A model generated the notes under the pieces. The model was given only the letters and a program-made list of their open reading frames with translations, made no database searches and was not told the origin of the DNA. Made by a program: the position numbers and the translations under genes. Shown piece by piece: positions 55,201 to 64,000 of a DNA stretch of 64,000 nucleotides (its first letter is position 1; each line of letters begins with the position of its first letter). Where the stretch lies: the IMG/VR virus record IMGVR_UViG_3300021387_000110, positions 3,130 through 67,129 of that record. One strand, 5' to 3'. This stretch comes from a virus (Duplodnaviria; Caudoviricetes).

Positions 55201-57355
55201 GTACCATCTGTTTCTTAACCCTATCAAGAATACCAACCAGCTTATCGTGAATGACTTTACCGACGGCTGTAAAATCAGCCTTCTTCCAGGCATCCTTAAG
55301 CATTTTGGCGAAGTCTGAAACAGCGCCCTCGGTATCGGCTTTTGTATATGTGACATCAAGGAGACCGTTATCCTTCGTCTTGGTATTCTTTGTCTTATCA
55401 TCATTGATGACATCCAGCTTATCATAAGCGGCGAGCTTTTCAGTAGCCTCATCTGCGGCGTCAGCGGTATCTTTAAGGCTCTTGGCATAATCGTATTGAT
55501 TAGCCGTAGCTTTATAAATATACTTTTGACCTACGAGGGTAGCAAAGAACTTACCAACAATCTCTAACGCCTGTGACATCTTGCCCATAAAGGTATTCAA
55601 CGCAGGAACTACCACGTTCATCAGAGGCTGAAATGCTGTTGCAAGTGAAGCCTTGAGCCTTGTAAAGGACATCGTCAAGCTCGACACCTGCTGATTAACT
55701 TCGCTGGACTGTGTAGCGAGGGTCTTAAACGCACTAACAAAATAGGTACGAAGTCGTTTAATGAGATAGTAGGTAGACCTGAAGCCGAGACCGAACATAA
55801 GGACATTCTTCCTCAGCTTCTTAAAGCCTTGGCTCAAATCAGTTGTGGTACTCTTACCAGACTTGCCGAATTTAGTCATACTGGCAACAGCTTGACCAGC
55901 TTTCTTGACTATACTGCCAAGACCGCTAACAATTCTCTTGAGGCCGCTGACCACTTTACCGCCGGCATTTGCAACTGTTCTGAAGCCTCCGCCTACAACA
56001 CTACCAATCTGCGAACCTGTCTTGAGGATTCTGCTGAACGTATTGCCTAAGCCTTGACTACGAGCCTGTACCTGACTGAGAGTATTTGTAGTCTCCTCTG
56101 CTCTGGAGTTGACGTTGGAAATCTCGGCAGCGGCGTCACCATTAGCACCAAATCTGAACGCTTTACCCTCATTCACCATATTGTTAAGGGCTGTACGCAC
56201 CTGCTCAATCTTGGCAATAAGGGCCTCGGCGTCAGACTGTGCTTTTGCAAACGCTTCAGGCTTTGCATTACCAGACGCCTTCATTTCATTGTACTTAGCA
56301 ACTACCTGGGCAGCCTTCTCCTCGAGCTTAGATAACTCATTAAGAGATTTCTGGTAATCCGCTGTGTACGGATTCATATTCTGCTGTGCCCGAGCCTCAA
56401 CTGTACCCGTCTTGTTCTTGCCGTTACCGGCAATATTCATACGGGTCTGGTTGATGGACTTGATTTCAGCCTTTAACTGCTGAACATCTTCCTTGGCACC
56501 ATCAAAACGTAAGGCTTTACCTTCGCTGACCATAGACCGCATAGAACGAAGAACAGAGTCCAGTTCGGAAGAGGTCTGCTTTACATCATACTGTAAATTC
56601 TCCCACGCACTATCGGTAGTACCGCTGACGGCAGCCATCCTCTTCGATTTCTCGTTAAGCTCCTCGAGCTTCGCCTTAAGCGCCTCCGCTTTCGCCTGAG
56701 CTTGTGCGTATTCATCAGTTACTTTGTTATTGTCAACAGTAGTATTAAACTCCTGAGCGTGTTTATTTACGTTTGCGATAGCAGTGGCGAGACGTTCATA
56801 AACAGACAATAACGATTCGGCAGCTTTTGCAGAAGTATCTCCTATACCAACATACTGTTCAGGAGAAATCTTGCCTGTTCCAGCAGTAATATCCGAAATT
56901 TGCTTTTCAATAGACCTACGCTCCTGCTGTAATCGGTTGTACTCCTTAAGCTGACTGATATTACCTCGCATTTCATTGAAAAGAGGAGTACCATCCTCAC
57001 TTTCAAATAAACGCTTTTTTTCAGTAACCTCAGTTAAACGAGCCTGGAGACGTTCTAATTCCGCAGAATCCTTCTTAAAGGTCTCGCTGGTAGCACCCGC
57101 CTTTGACATTTCGGAATTTAACCGAGCCTGTGCCGAAGAAGCCTCTTTAATATCCTTTTTCAAAGAAGATAAAGCGGCAGACATAGATTTGGTCATCTTA
57201 GACGGGTCAACAGAACTAAAAATGCTTTCGACAGCGTTTTTTAGTCCAGAAAGGCGCTGTGATATATCTTTATTGACTTGGTTAACATCAATCTTGGATA
57301 AATCAACATCTGTAACTTCCAGATTAACTGGAACAATTACGGGCTTTTCAGCCAT
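52208..57355 (-). CDS. Tape measure protein
   Basis: 1715 aa, coiled-coil N-terminus, Trp-spaced repeats, IPRLAKGAVIPPNKEFLATLGD C-terminal motif. Confidence 0.92.
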   Translation of the reverse strand: MAEKPVIVPVNLEVTDVDLSKIDVNQVNKDISQRLSGLKNAVESIFSSVDPSKMTKSMSAALSSLKKDIKEASSAQARLNSEMSKAGATSETFKKDSAELERLQARLTEVTEKKRLFESEDGTPLFNEMRGNISQLKEYNRLQQERRSIEKQISDITAGTGKISPEQYVGIGDTSAKAAESLLSVYERLATAIANVNKHAQEFNTTVDNNKVTDEYAQAQAKAEALKAKLEELNEKSKRMAAVSGTTDSAWENLQYDVKQTSSELDSVLRSMRSMVSEGKALRFDGAKEDVQQLKAEIKSINQTRMNIAGNGKNKTGTVEARAQQNMNPYTADYQKSLNELSKLEEKAAQVVAKYNEMKASGNAKPEAFAKAQSDAEALIAKIEQVRTALNNMVNEGKAFRFGANGDAAAEISNVNSRAEETTNTLSQVQARSQGLGNTFSRILKTGSQIGSVVGGGFRTVANAGGKVVSGLKRIVSGLGSIVKKAGQAVASMTKFGKSGKSTTTDLSQGFKKLRKNVLMFGLGFRSTYYLIKRLRTYFVSAFKTLATQSSEVNQQVSSLTMSFTRLKASLATAFQPLMNVVVPALNTFMGKMSQALEIVGKFFATLVGQKYIYKATANQYDYAKSLKDTADAADEATEKLAAYDKLDVINDDKTKNTKTKDNGLLDVTYTKADTEGAVSDFAKMLKDAWKKADFTAVGKVIHDKLVGILDRVKKQMVPKVANFVNRLANSIITFFKGLNLKDIGKKVAEVINELLRLLDAKKIGAALSALYSAFWQFASGLVNNINWKQVGEKIADFITGFIDNLDVNAIISTITGLVNGVGRALLSFSTRIKWKEIGQKLGRSIVKLFTDIDWKTIIQAVSAFAKGLAALVNEVFSTEGLGESIGATIAGVFLTAINLVYNFVSNLNFEQIGTAISNAVNTFLTMMSEVDPEGLSGWTKLGQSLFKIAHGILTMLITALTNVNWTEVGEAIGTFLSSIDWGQLVLDLSQLAWAILKAIADGLMGWMGKDPVSATLATVLGAILLGSAVIKKVSTFASNITGFLNKIPKVGGKNSGGDAASATMEEASSTVDTANTGTSKLTGKLKSLVKNLALGIVIIAEVAVAAGLVVAAIWGLGLLLQQVVTAWQPVLENGQTAIIAFGLGTAILVAIGVACALLGQVGTSLIVQIALGVAMLALIGAAAALFLAEIWAIGWGLNQIGQAWQPVLDNGATIATAIGLGTVILVGIGVVCALLGVAAVASCGLLPLAIALGTAMLIEVGVAAVLFIAEIWVIGKALNQLDAAWKPVIAHGNTIATAIKVGTNILIGIGAACAVLGVAAIASVGLLPLAIALGTSMLEQIGKAAILFIAEIIVVGQGLDKIGKAWKPVLKNGSTIAKGISAGTNILIKIAEVCAVLGAITIGSFGLAYLAIDSGTDMLRHIKNSAIEFCNSLIVVAKRMTELAKVLIEFNKVLPGFERNMTNFETYMEDFVDAVGDYANSSSIKNIGSVVGQIIAIFKGRPVWILCLQVRALYADFNKLNTELQKINPVIKTATSLINQYKKLMGAFQGATSSSGGNGGIFGSMFSGAKAMVNGMIGLFEGLANAVIRSVNEISRALNSLSFDIPSYVPNVGGQRFSFNVGYLNGITIPRLAKGAVIPPNKEFLATLGDQKSGTNVEAPLETIKLALAEVLAQFGGSNHEPIVLQLDGKVIARVVWDENEKRYKQTGKSVVYG

Positions 57356-57357
57356 TA

Positions 57358-57948
57358 TTAGCCACCACCTTTATTCCATAATTCTCTAACGAGGTTCTCG
57401 ACGGCTCTTTCCTCAACACTCTGTCTACGCCAATTGAAGTATGTGGGATTATTACGCCTAAACTCATTCTCCCACTTCTCCAATTTCTTACCGTGTATTA
57501 TCTTGCTCCTTATACCGACAACAGTGGACATTACGCTTTCACCGACAGACATATAGTAACCTAAGAATGTCCACCAATGGCAATATTCCACTGTACGAAT
57601 TTCTGTTTTAGCCACATTGTTGATTGCGGCACTAATCATCTGGGAATCGTTTTCCCAGTCTATAACAGAGCCTCCGGCGTCTGCCCCAGGAGAATTTTCT
57701 TGTCCTGCATTGATGAACTTGAACATTTCTCTGGCAAGCTCGGGCACATACTCGTCATACTGCTGTACATCCTCGAGGCCGTTAAACTCGTTATAGAATA
57801 TTAAAAGTGAAGCGAGGACTCGGTAGTCCTCGCTTAATTCTTCATCCTGAAGTGCAGAGAAGCAATCTAATACCATCCGGTAATCGCCTTTATCTCTAAT
57901 ATGAAATTCACGGTCTTTTACCCTGACGGTAGTAGGTAAGCTGTACAT
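57358..57948 (-). CDS. Tail assembly chaperone (A118 Gp15-like)
   Basis: LPTTV...DYRMVL...IDWENDSQMISAA...HWWTF. Confidence 0.8.
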   Translation of the reverse strand: MYSLPTTVRVKDREFHIRDKGDYRMVLDCFSALQDEELSEDYRVLASLLIFYNEFNGLEDVQQYDEYVPELAREMFKFINAGQENSPGADAGGSVIDWENDSQMISAAINNVAKTEIRTVEYCHWWTFLGYYMSVGESVMSTVVGIRSKIIHGKKLEKWENEFRRNNPTYFNWRRQSVEERAVENLVRELWNKGGG

Positions 57949-58466
57949 TATTTCCTCCCGGTGTACTTAGCGGTGTGCTTCTCCAGCTGGCGCTTCATCT
58001 TATTAAACTCGGACTGGAGGTTCTTCTCGTAGAGGTTCATCACAGCGGTGATGACATACTCGAACCTGAAGCTGCCCTCAAACGGGTCGTACATCGTACC
58101 GTCCGAAGCAGGAGCAACGGCGTCGGAAACGTTGGCATTAAACATTTCGTCAATGACCTCACGCATTTCGGCGTCAATCTCTTTCAGACGACCGGAGATA
58201 AGTTGTGCGTCCTCGAGGAGCTTGTCGGGGTCATCCCCGTCAGAAATACCATCGGTGAGCTTCGCAGCCTTTTCCTGTAAAGCGTTGAGCTTGGGATAGC
58301 CCTCAGCAATACGGGTAACAATGTTCATATCCGAGACGTTCAACTCGACAATGCGGTTGTCGTCCTTATTGAAGCGAAATTTCTTTTTCCTGATTTCAGG
58401 AAGAGCGACATCAATAATCTGGTCCTGAGGCGCATTGACACGCTCATTAGTGAGAATAGCATCCAT
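57948..58466 (-). CDS. Tail assembly chaperone
   Basis: Acidic 172 aa between major tail and Gp15-like gene; TAATG coupling. Confidence 0.7.
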   Translation of the reverse strand: MDAILTNERVNAPQDQIIDVALPEIRKKKFRFNKDDNRIVELNVSDMNIVTRIAEGYPKLNALQEKAAKLTDGISDGDDPDKLLEDAQLISGRLKEIDAEMREVIDEMFNANVSDAVAPASDGTMYDPFEGSFRFEYVITAVMNLYEKNLQSEFNKMKRQLEKHTAKYTGRK

Positions 58467-58485
58467 ATTGGTTCAGTCTCCTTTA

Positions 58486-58671
58486 TTATTTAGAATTACG
58501 GGTTGTACCCTTATTGCGGGAAGTTCCTTTATTGCGAGAAGTTCCCACATTACGAGAGGTACCGGAGTTGCGTTTCGGGCCGCTCGATTTCTTGCCTGTG
58601 CCAGTCATCGACACCTTATCGTAGCTGCCGGTACCTTTACCATTTCTGGTCTTATCTTTACCGATACTCAT
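58486..58671 (-). CDS. 61-aa basic repeat peptide
   Basis: GGAGGT RBS; GT(S/T)RN hexapeptide repeats. Confidence 0.65.
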   Translation of the reverse strand: MSIGKDKTRNGKGTGSYDKVSMTGTGKKSSGPKRNSGTSRNVGTSRNKGTSRNKGTTRNSK

Positions 58672-58691
58672 AATGTGTTATACCCTCCAAC

Positions 58692-59234
58692 TTAGGAATC
58701 AGCGGTGAAGGTGAAATCGTCACTCAGCTTATCGACAGAGCCCATAGTAATGATATTACTATAATGCACTTCGACAGGCATATTGTTCCTCGTATCGCCA
58801 CCGATAGCAGTAGGAATGATGGAACAATTGGTGTGCTTTGCCGTTCTGTACGAAGTTGCTGCCTGAGCGCCTTCGCCGGTGGTCTCGCTGATAAATGCCG
58901 CGATAATGTAAATATTAAACGCATTGGTATATGCGTCAATATTATTCTCCAAAATCGCATTGACGAGAAATTCGCCGAGCTTGGAGCCACCGATGATGTA
59001 GAACGGGTCAAACGTCTGCTGAGGCTCAGTCTTGTTGACATCTGTGTAAGAATTACCCAGAATATCCTGAGAGGTCTGGATGTCAGGATTCAGCTCATAA
59101 GAGCTATCCTCAGTACGAGTACCGAGAATTTCTCTGTTGGGAGTTTCCGAACCAGAAGCCGGCCACTCTGCAACCATAATGAGCGTTTTTCTCTGGGCAA
59201 CTGCACCCTGGGCGAGGTTCATAGCCATTGCCAT
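58692..59234 (-). CDS. Major tail protein
   Basis: ELNPDIQTSQDILG...PQQTFDP; position; strong C-ending codon bias. Confidence 0.8.
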   Translation of the reverse strand: MAMAMNLAQGAVAQRKTLIMVAEWPASGSETPNREILGTRTEDSSYELNPDIQTSQDILGNSYTDVNKTEPQQTFDPFYIIGGSKLGEFLVNAILENNIDAYTNAFNIYIIAAFISETTGEGAQAATSYRTAKHTNCSIIPTAIGGDTRNNMPVEVHYSNIITMGSVDKLSDDFTFTADS

Positions 59235-59256
59235 AGTAAATATCTCCTTTACAAGA

Positions 59257-59733
59257 TTATTTCCACGCTTTGTCTGTATTGTCTATATAGTCTATCTGAA
59301 TGGATAGACGATAGACAGCCATCGGTGGGTTAAGCGAGGTATCAACACCCACCAGTTCGGGCTTAGTGGTAAGGACTTTCATTTCATCAATGATACAGTC
59401 AGTACCAAAATTTGGGTAGTTACGCAGTTTTTCCTGCGCCGTAACCCAGTCTAATATCTGCTGAACGCCTTCAAACTCTGTAAGGTTTTCATCATTCGCA
59501 AGATACTCTTGGGTAACGGGATTATATGCAACAGACTTGAAGCTGTCTATGCTAAAGGTAAATCTCTTAGCAACACTACCATCAATAAAGGGTGTATGTA
59601 ATGCAACATCATCGGAGTTGATAATAGCCTGGTGGGCATTATCTTCTACGTTACCGAAATTGAAGAATAGAGGTGTCGCAGAGATTTCAGGACAAGTCTG
59701 TAAAAATGATAATACTGCTTGACTTTTATCCAT
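59257..59733 (-). CDS. Tail terminator / minor capsid-type protein
   Basis: Position before major tail; C-terminal YRLSIQIDY. Confidence 0.7.
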   Translation of the reverse strand: MDKSQAVLSFLQTCPEISATPLFFNFGNVEDNAHQAIINSDDVALHTPFIDGSVAKRFTFSIDSFKSVAYNPVTQEYLANDENLTEFEGVQQILDWVTAQEKLRNYPNFGTDCIIDEMKVLTTKPELVGVDTSLNPPMAVYRLSIQIDYIDNTDKAWK

Positions 59734-60181
59734 TACTCTTCCTCATCCAATCTCTAATAGTAGGTGTTACATCTTCTACAAAAGCGTCCCAATCATCTGT
59801 GCCAGGTCGTACAAACTGGTCCCAATGCGGCATAGGAGTATGCTCACTATAACGTGATTGAAAGGTACCTCTGAGAGGACCCTCATACAGTCTATAAGCA
59901 AGCTCTTCACCTGCCGTAATTCCCAACTTCGGGTCATCACGGCGTGCAGGGCGTCTCCACACAACTCGACCATCTGAAACATAATAGTCTTGCAGGTGGT
60001 GCCCATCCTCTAAACTGCGGGGCACAAATCGTGTAACACGGTCGGCCCACGCCCGGGCGATAGTATTAGCGAGCTGTTTGTCCTTTTTCAAGGCTCTTAC
60101 TTTTGGGTCAAGGCTTTGATTAACTGCCTTCTTCAAGGCGTTCGCACTGAAGGTTTTTCTGATAAACAGATTGACAGCCAT
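59726..60181 (-). CDS. Head-tail region structural protein
   Basis: Position; PHWD motif. Confidence 0.65.
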   Translation of the reverse strand: MAVNLFIRKTFSANALKKAVNQSLDPKVRALKKDKQLANTIARAWADRVTRFVPRSLEDGHHLQDYYVSDGRVVWRRPARRDDPKLGITAGEELAYRLYEGPLRGTFQSRYSEHTPMPHWDQFVRPGTDDWDAFVEDVTPTIRDWMRKSNG

Positions 60182-60182
60182 A

Positions 60183-60632
60183 TCAAGTACCTCGTACTAA
60201 GTAATGCTCGCTACCTCTACCCCCGCCTACATTGATTGAGCAAGCCTCAATCAACATACATCCTTGTAACCGTTTATACTTCTTCATCAGGTCAGATGAC
60301 CTTTTATCAGCTTCGTACTCATTAACGGTATCTGCTACTTCGCCTTTAACAATGATGTCCCCAGGACCAAACGTGAAGAAATTACCTCTAACATTAGCGG
60401 TAAGTTTTTCCCATTCATATCGCTCTTTGAACATCGGATTAACCGGCACCCTACAAAGAGTGACATTGGTTTCTAACGTGGTATCACCCATCGTGATTTT
60501 GTTTGTGGTATACTTCCAGAAACAACCTGTCAAGACAGTTTTGTACCACGTTATAACTCTGGTATCGGGGTGTTCGTATTTATTAAAGACGGTAATCGTT
60601 TGGTTCCACCAAGAAGGATATACGTTATTCAC
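60183..60632 (-). CDS. Head closure protein (putative)
   Basis: TITVFNK...W...L.GCFW...C-terminal HYLVRG; GTG start refined. Confidence 0.7.
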   Translation of the reverse strand: MNNVYPSWWNQTITVFNKYEHPDTRVITWYKTVLTGCFWKYTTNKITMGDTTLETNVTLCRVPVNPMFKERYEWEKLTANVRGNFFTFGPGDIIVKGEVADTVNEYEADKRSSDLMKKYKRLQGCMLIEACSINVGGGRGSEHYLVRGT

Positions 60633-61044
60633 CAGGGTACAACCCCCTAAACAAGAGGTATCGCCCTGCTTCATTCATTACGCCGTAAAGGTATTTCTTT
60701 ATGGCGCTTTGAATTTCAGCTTCACAAGTGCCGAACACATCAGCGGAGGACATACCATTATAGGATGTCGATACGCCGTCATTCGACTGTGAGGTGATAT
60801 AGATATTTCCTGATACAGCGTTCTCGCCTTTACCAAGACTGAGCGAATTGGCCTGCTTTTCAACAAGGTCAATAATATACTTGGTGAGCTTGGTAACTTC
60901 ATCAGGAATTATGGTGTCGTTCTTCAAACGATTAAAGGTAGCATAGTTGATAAGAGCTTCGGCCTCAAATTCATAATTCAGAAAGACAGTCTCCGTGAGT
61001 GTGCCGCCCATAGCGGTATACTGTTCATACGACAAGTACATCAC
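60625..61044 (-). CDS. Head-tail connector
   Basis: YLSYEQY...AEALINYATFNR...ITSQSNDGVSTSY. Confidence 0.8.
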   Translation of the reverse strand: MMYLSYEQYTAMGGTLTETVFLNYEFEAEALINYATFNRLKNDTIIPDEVTKLTKYIIDLVEKQANSLSLGKGENAVSGNIYITSQSNDGVSTSYNGMSSADVFGTCEAEIQSAIKKYLYGVMNEAGRYLLFRGLYPGE

Positions 61045-61060
61045 GGTTCCTCCTTCCTAA

Positions 61061-61339
61061 TTATTTCTTTGTAGCCGTTTTCTTGGGTGCCGTAGTCTTC
61101 GGCTTCTTTGCTCTCTCTGCGGAAAGCTTTGCCGTCAGGTGTGCAATCTCAGCCTCAAGCTCGGCAATACGAGCTGTATGGTCGATATACGCAGTCTGTA
61201 ATGTGCCCAAATCGTTGGGGATAGCAGACTGAATAACCTTGCCAGTGGGAGTAGTCAAGTCATACCCCATATTGAGGTATCTCTGAACTTCATCGTCACC
61301 GACTCTGAGGATTACATTACCTCTCTGTACTCGTGCCAT
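61061..61339 (-). CDS. Small protein downstream of capsid
   Basis: AGGAGG RBS; YLNMGY, coiled coil, basic tail. Confidence 0.75.
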   Translation of the reverse strand: MARVQRGNVILRVGDDEVQRYLNMGYDLTTPTGKVIQSAIPNDLGTLQTAYIDHTARIAELEAEIAHLTAKLSAERAKKPKTTAPKKTATKK

Positions 61340-61367
61340 TGTATTGCCTCCTTTGTAAGTGATTTAA

Positions 61368-61391
61368 GGGGGAGGGAGTTAACCCTCCCCC
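61368..61391 (-). terminator. Intrinsic terminator after major capsid gene
   Basis: GGGGGAGGG/CCCTCCCCC 9-bp stem. Confidence 0.75.
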
Positions 61392-61397
61392 AAATGA

Positions 61398-62621
61398 TTA
61401 CGCCTTGGAGACTACAACAGCCACGCCGGACTTCAATGCAAGACCATCGCTGTTGACCTCAACAATGACAATCTTATTGCCAGAAGTGGCGGTGATGTCG
61501 GAAGTACCATCCCAAGTAGTCATAGCCGAGCAGTCAGCGCCGACCGCAGGAACATCTACCGTTGCGCCAGTAGCGTACTTGTAGCTGTTGCCCGTGCCCT
61601 TAGTGGGAGTGACAGTAATCTTAGTATTACCAGCATTGGTGCCAGCAACAGAGGTTACAGTCAGGCCCGCAGTAACGGGAGTGGAGACGTTGAACTGGAT
61701 GGCGTCAGCCTTCTTGTTGAGAATGAATACATCCTCAAAGCTCTCCTCGTAGTAGTAATACTTACCCTCAGAGAGAGCAGACGGAGCGTCCAGCTTCGAG
61801 AAGGTATACGATACGGGAGTAATGACCGCGGTGGGCAGGATGAGGCACATATTGATTTGCTTCGCAAGCGGGTCGGGAGCCCAACCGTTTACGTCGCTGA
61901 AATCATACAGGGTCTTCATCAGCTCTGCAGGTACGCCAATAATCTCAACTTCGTCAAGACGATTGACTACGCGGTTAATCTGGTCGGCACCGGACTGAAC
62001 GTCCCAGTTACGCTGGAGATTGGCAGCGTTCTTAATGAGCGTCTTTACCTCGTTGGTAACATAGAGAATACGACCGGTTACGGGAACTCTCTTGTTATCC
62101 ATCTCCAACATCATACTGTCGAATACAGACAGGACGTTGTTGATGGTGAGGTCAGTAGTGTCGGGAGTGTGACCTACATACGCCTCGTGAGCGGCGTCAC
62201 CTGCTACGCTGTGAGACCAGTCGTAGTAGATTTTGGAGATGGTGTAGGCATCCATCTCGGGGAACTTGTGCTCCTCATTGAACACCTTGGTGATGTTCGC
62301 AATGGACGCGGCCATATTGGTCTGGTCGATGTCCTTAGGATGAACGAGGGTAGACCACTTACGCTCATTAACAAGCGTCTTGGTTTCCCAAGCGTTGTTA
62401 TAGTTACGCTGTGCGGTGCTAATGCTGTCACGGTCAGCATTAGTTCTACCCGTGGTGCTGATAGAAGGAATCTCGATGGTCTTCGAGTTTACCCACTTAA
62501 AGCGACCGTTGTTCGGAGTAGCATACAGCTTGCCGAAGTACAGGCTATAAGGGAACGCCTGCTCCAGCGCCTGCTGATACTGGGTAGCATAGTTCAGATT
62601 AGGAATCTGGGAACTGGGCAT
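61398..62621 (-). CDS. Major capsid protein with C-terminal Ig-like extension
   Basis: LNYATQYQQAL...KTIEIPSI...PEMDAY...INMCLI...YEESFEDVFIL, then ~95 aa beta-rich domain. Confidence 0.9.
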   Translation of the reverse strand: MPSSQIPNLNYATQYQQALEQAFPYSLYFGKLYATPNNGRFKWVNSKTIEIPSISTTGRTNADRDSISTAQRNYNNAWETKTLVNERKWSTLVHPKDIDQTNMAASIANITKVFNEEHKFPEMDAYTISKIYYDWSHSVAGDAAHEAYVGHTPDTTDLTINNVLSVFDSMMLEMDNKRVPVTGRILYVTNEVKTLIKNAANLQRNWDVQSGADQINRVVNRLDEVEIIGVPAELMKTLYDFSDVNGWAPDPLAKQINMCLILPTAVITPVSYTFSKLDAPSALSEGKYYYYEESFEDVFILNKKADAIQFNVSTPVTAGLTVTSVAGTNAGNTKITVTPTKGTGNSYKYATGATVDVPAVGADCSAMTTWDGTSDITATSGNKIVIVEVNSDGLALKSGVAVVVSKA

Positions 62622-62642
62622 AATTTATATCTCCTTTGTAGA

Positions 62643-63308
62643 TTATTTTTCGTGAGGTCTTACCCCTACGAAATTAAAGTTAAACGGGTTCGGCTCTCCG
62701 CCGGCGCCCTGAGGCTCGTTACCAGTAGGACCTGCAAAATGGGGCTTCGGCTTATTGGGCTCAGGGTCAGGAGTCGGGTCAGGCTGTTCAACAACGAAGG
62801 AATCCTCGTTGTCCTTAGCGTAAGCCGTTCTGAAATCCTCAGCACCGAGAATAGTCTCGCCTTCCATTTTCAGCTTCTTGTCAAGCATAGAGCGGATAAA
62901 CTCTTTCTTGGCAGCCTTGCTGGTGAACTTAATACCGTTGGCATAAGTCTTTACAGCGAACTCATAGGCCTGGTCTGCCAACTGCTGTTGATACGCTTTG
63001 GTATCGGTGTCGTACTTACCCTGGAGAGCGGTGAGGTCACTCTGGAGAGTAGTCAACTTTTCAGCATCGGTGCCTGCAGCCTTAAGCTGGTCCTGCAACT
63101 TCGCCAAGTCGGTATCACGAGTAGCGATGGTGTCATTGAGGGTGTTAATGCGGGTGTCACGGGCTGCCAATTCGTCGGTATGCTTCTGTTTGTCAACATA
63201 ATTACCCTCAGTCAGGTCAACAAACTTTGAATTACCTGCAGCCGCCACTAACTGGTCCCAAGTAAGGGTGCCGTTAGGTGCCTTGTCAAAAAGGTCTTTC
63301 AGGTTCAT
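62643..63308 (-). CDS. Capsid scaffolding protein
   Basis: Charged coiled coil, YVDKQK motif, Pro/Gly C-terminus; upstream of MCP. Confidence 0.85.
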   Translation of the reverse strand: MNLKDLFDKAPNGTLTWDQLVAAAGNSKFVDLTEGNYVDKQKHTDELAARDTRINTLNDTIATRDTDLAKLQDQLKAAGTDAEKLTTLQSDLTALQGKYDTDTKAYQQQLADQAYEFAVKTYANGIKFTSKAAKKEFIRSMLDKKLKMEGETILGAEDFRTAYAKDNEDSFVVEQPDPTPDPEPNKPKPHFAGPTGNEPQGAGGEPNPFNFNFVGVRPHEK

Positions 63309-63439
63309 AATCTTCCTCCTACAATCTGTAATCAGTTTAATTTATAAATCCGCAGTCTATTCTCTCTGCGCCGGATTGTGCCTATTTTTAAGTGTTGTCA
63401 GGCTCAACTATATACTAAATTATCCCTTATGGAATAAAA

Positions 63440-63739
63440 TTAGCCGTGGTATTTTTCAACGGAATGTTCGAGGTCGTCAATTCTGTGATTGGCAACATCG
63501 AGCCTTTCCTTAATGACAGGAATATTTTCGTTAAACAGTTTGGCATACTGGTTGTGTGCCTTTATATCGTCTTTCATTTCTGCCATTTCTGACTTTATGT
63601 GGTTCATTTCGTTAGTCATAACCTGCTGGTTTGTATCTAACTTATGCTCTGTCTTATCCTGGGTGGCCTTTGCAGAAATAAAGATACTAAGAATAGTTAC
63701 CGCCGCGGATATTAGAGCCACAATGATGGCGTCACTCAC
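63440..63739 (-). CDS. Small TM + coiled-coil protein (holin-like family)
   Basis: MSDAIIVALISAAVTILSIF...IKAHN...RIDDLE. Confidence 0.7.
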   Translation of the reverse strand: MSDAIIVALISAAVTILSIFISAKATQDKTEHKLDTNQQVMTNEMNHIKSEMAEMKDDIKAHNQYAKLFNENIPVIKERLDVANHRIDDLEHSVEKYHG

Positions 63740-63841
63740 TATATCAACCCTCTCTATATAATGGTAAGCCGGGTTTGAGGTAATCGCCCCCGGCGAGGTG
63801 CAAGGAGGACTGAACCGTCAAAGTCTTTTCCCCACATAATC

Positions 63842-63870
63842 ATTATATAACATCATTACCTGTGTGTCAA
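63842..63870 (-). promoter_or_regulatory. sigmaA-type promoter
   Basis: TTGACA-17-TATAAT perfect consensus. Confidence 0.85.
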
Positions 63871-64000
63871 GTAATTCCATAAAAATTTTTAAGGAATTTT
63901 TTATTCTTTTCCTTTAATGGGATTCTCGAGGCTATCAGCCTGTTTACCCTTGCTCTTTTTAGCGGAAGTAGTGTCAGAAGGTGACTTAGTATCATCCTCT

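Noticed and set aside
57900-58000. Programmed -1 frameshift between tail chaperones
   Set aside because: No XXXYYYZ slippery heptamer seen; genes are coupled by TAATG with an RBS.
3481-64000. Second DGR target (additional VR)
   Set aside because: No other match to TR noticed by eye, including tail and capsid C-termini; a BLASTN of TR against the full genome would settle it.
1-64000. Stop-codon reassignment
   Set aside because: Standard code gives long intact ORFs and dense coupling throughout.

Overview
64 kb segment of a tailed dsDNA phage (long tape measure, siphovirus-like), probably infecting a Firmicute/Clostridia host (sigmaA-type promoters, AGGAGG RBSs, SleB- and SpoVT/AbrB-like genes). 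Essentially every credible gene is on the minus strand. In transcription order (right to left): scaffold, major capsid, head-tail and tail genes, lysis genes, SNF2 helicase, a structured-RNA cassette (initiator-type tRNA-Met plus a tRNA-shaped RNA with a 31-nt loop in place of the anticodon), a complete bacterial-style replisome (initiator, loader, DnaB, primase, SSB, family A polymerase, beta clamp, gamma/delta'/delta clamp loader), candidate DNA-modification genes (two glycosyltransferases plus a small partner; QueC-like enzyme plus methyltransferase; ThyX-like), small early genes, a 1.3 kb motif-rich non-coding region, terminase, and at the left edge a diversity-generating retroelement (Ig-like/C-terminal VR target, Avd, TR, and a YMDD reverse transcriptase that runs off the window and is absent from the ORF track). 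No portal, integrase or CRISPR array is visible in the window. All family assignments come from motifs read by eye and recalled family knowledge; no database search was run.
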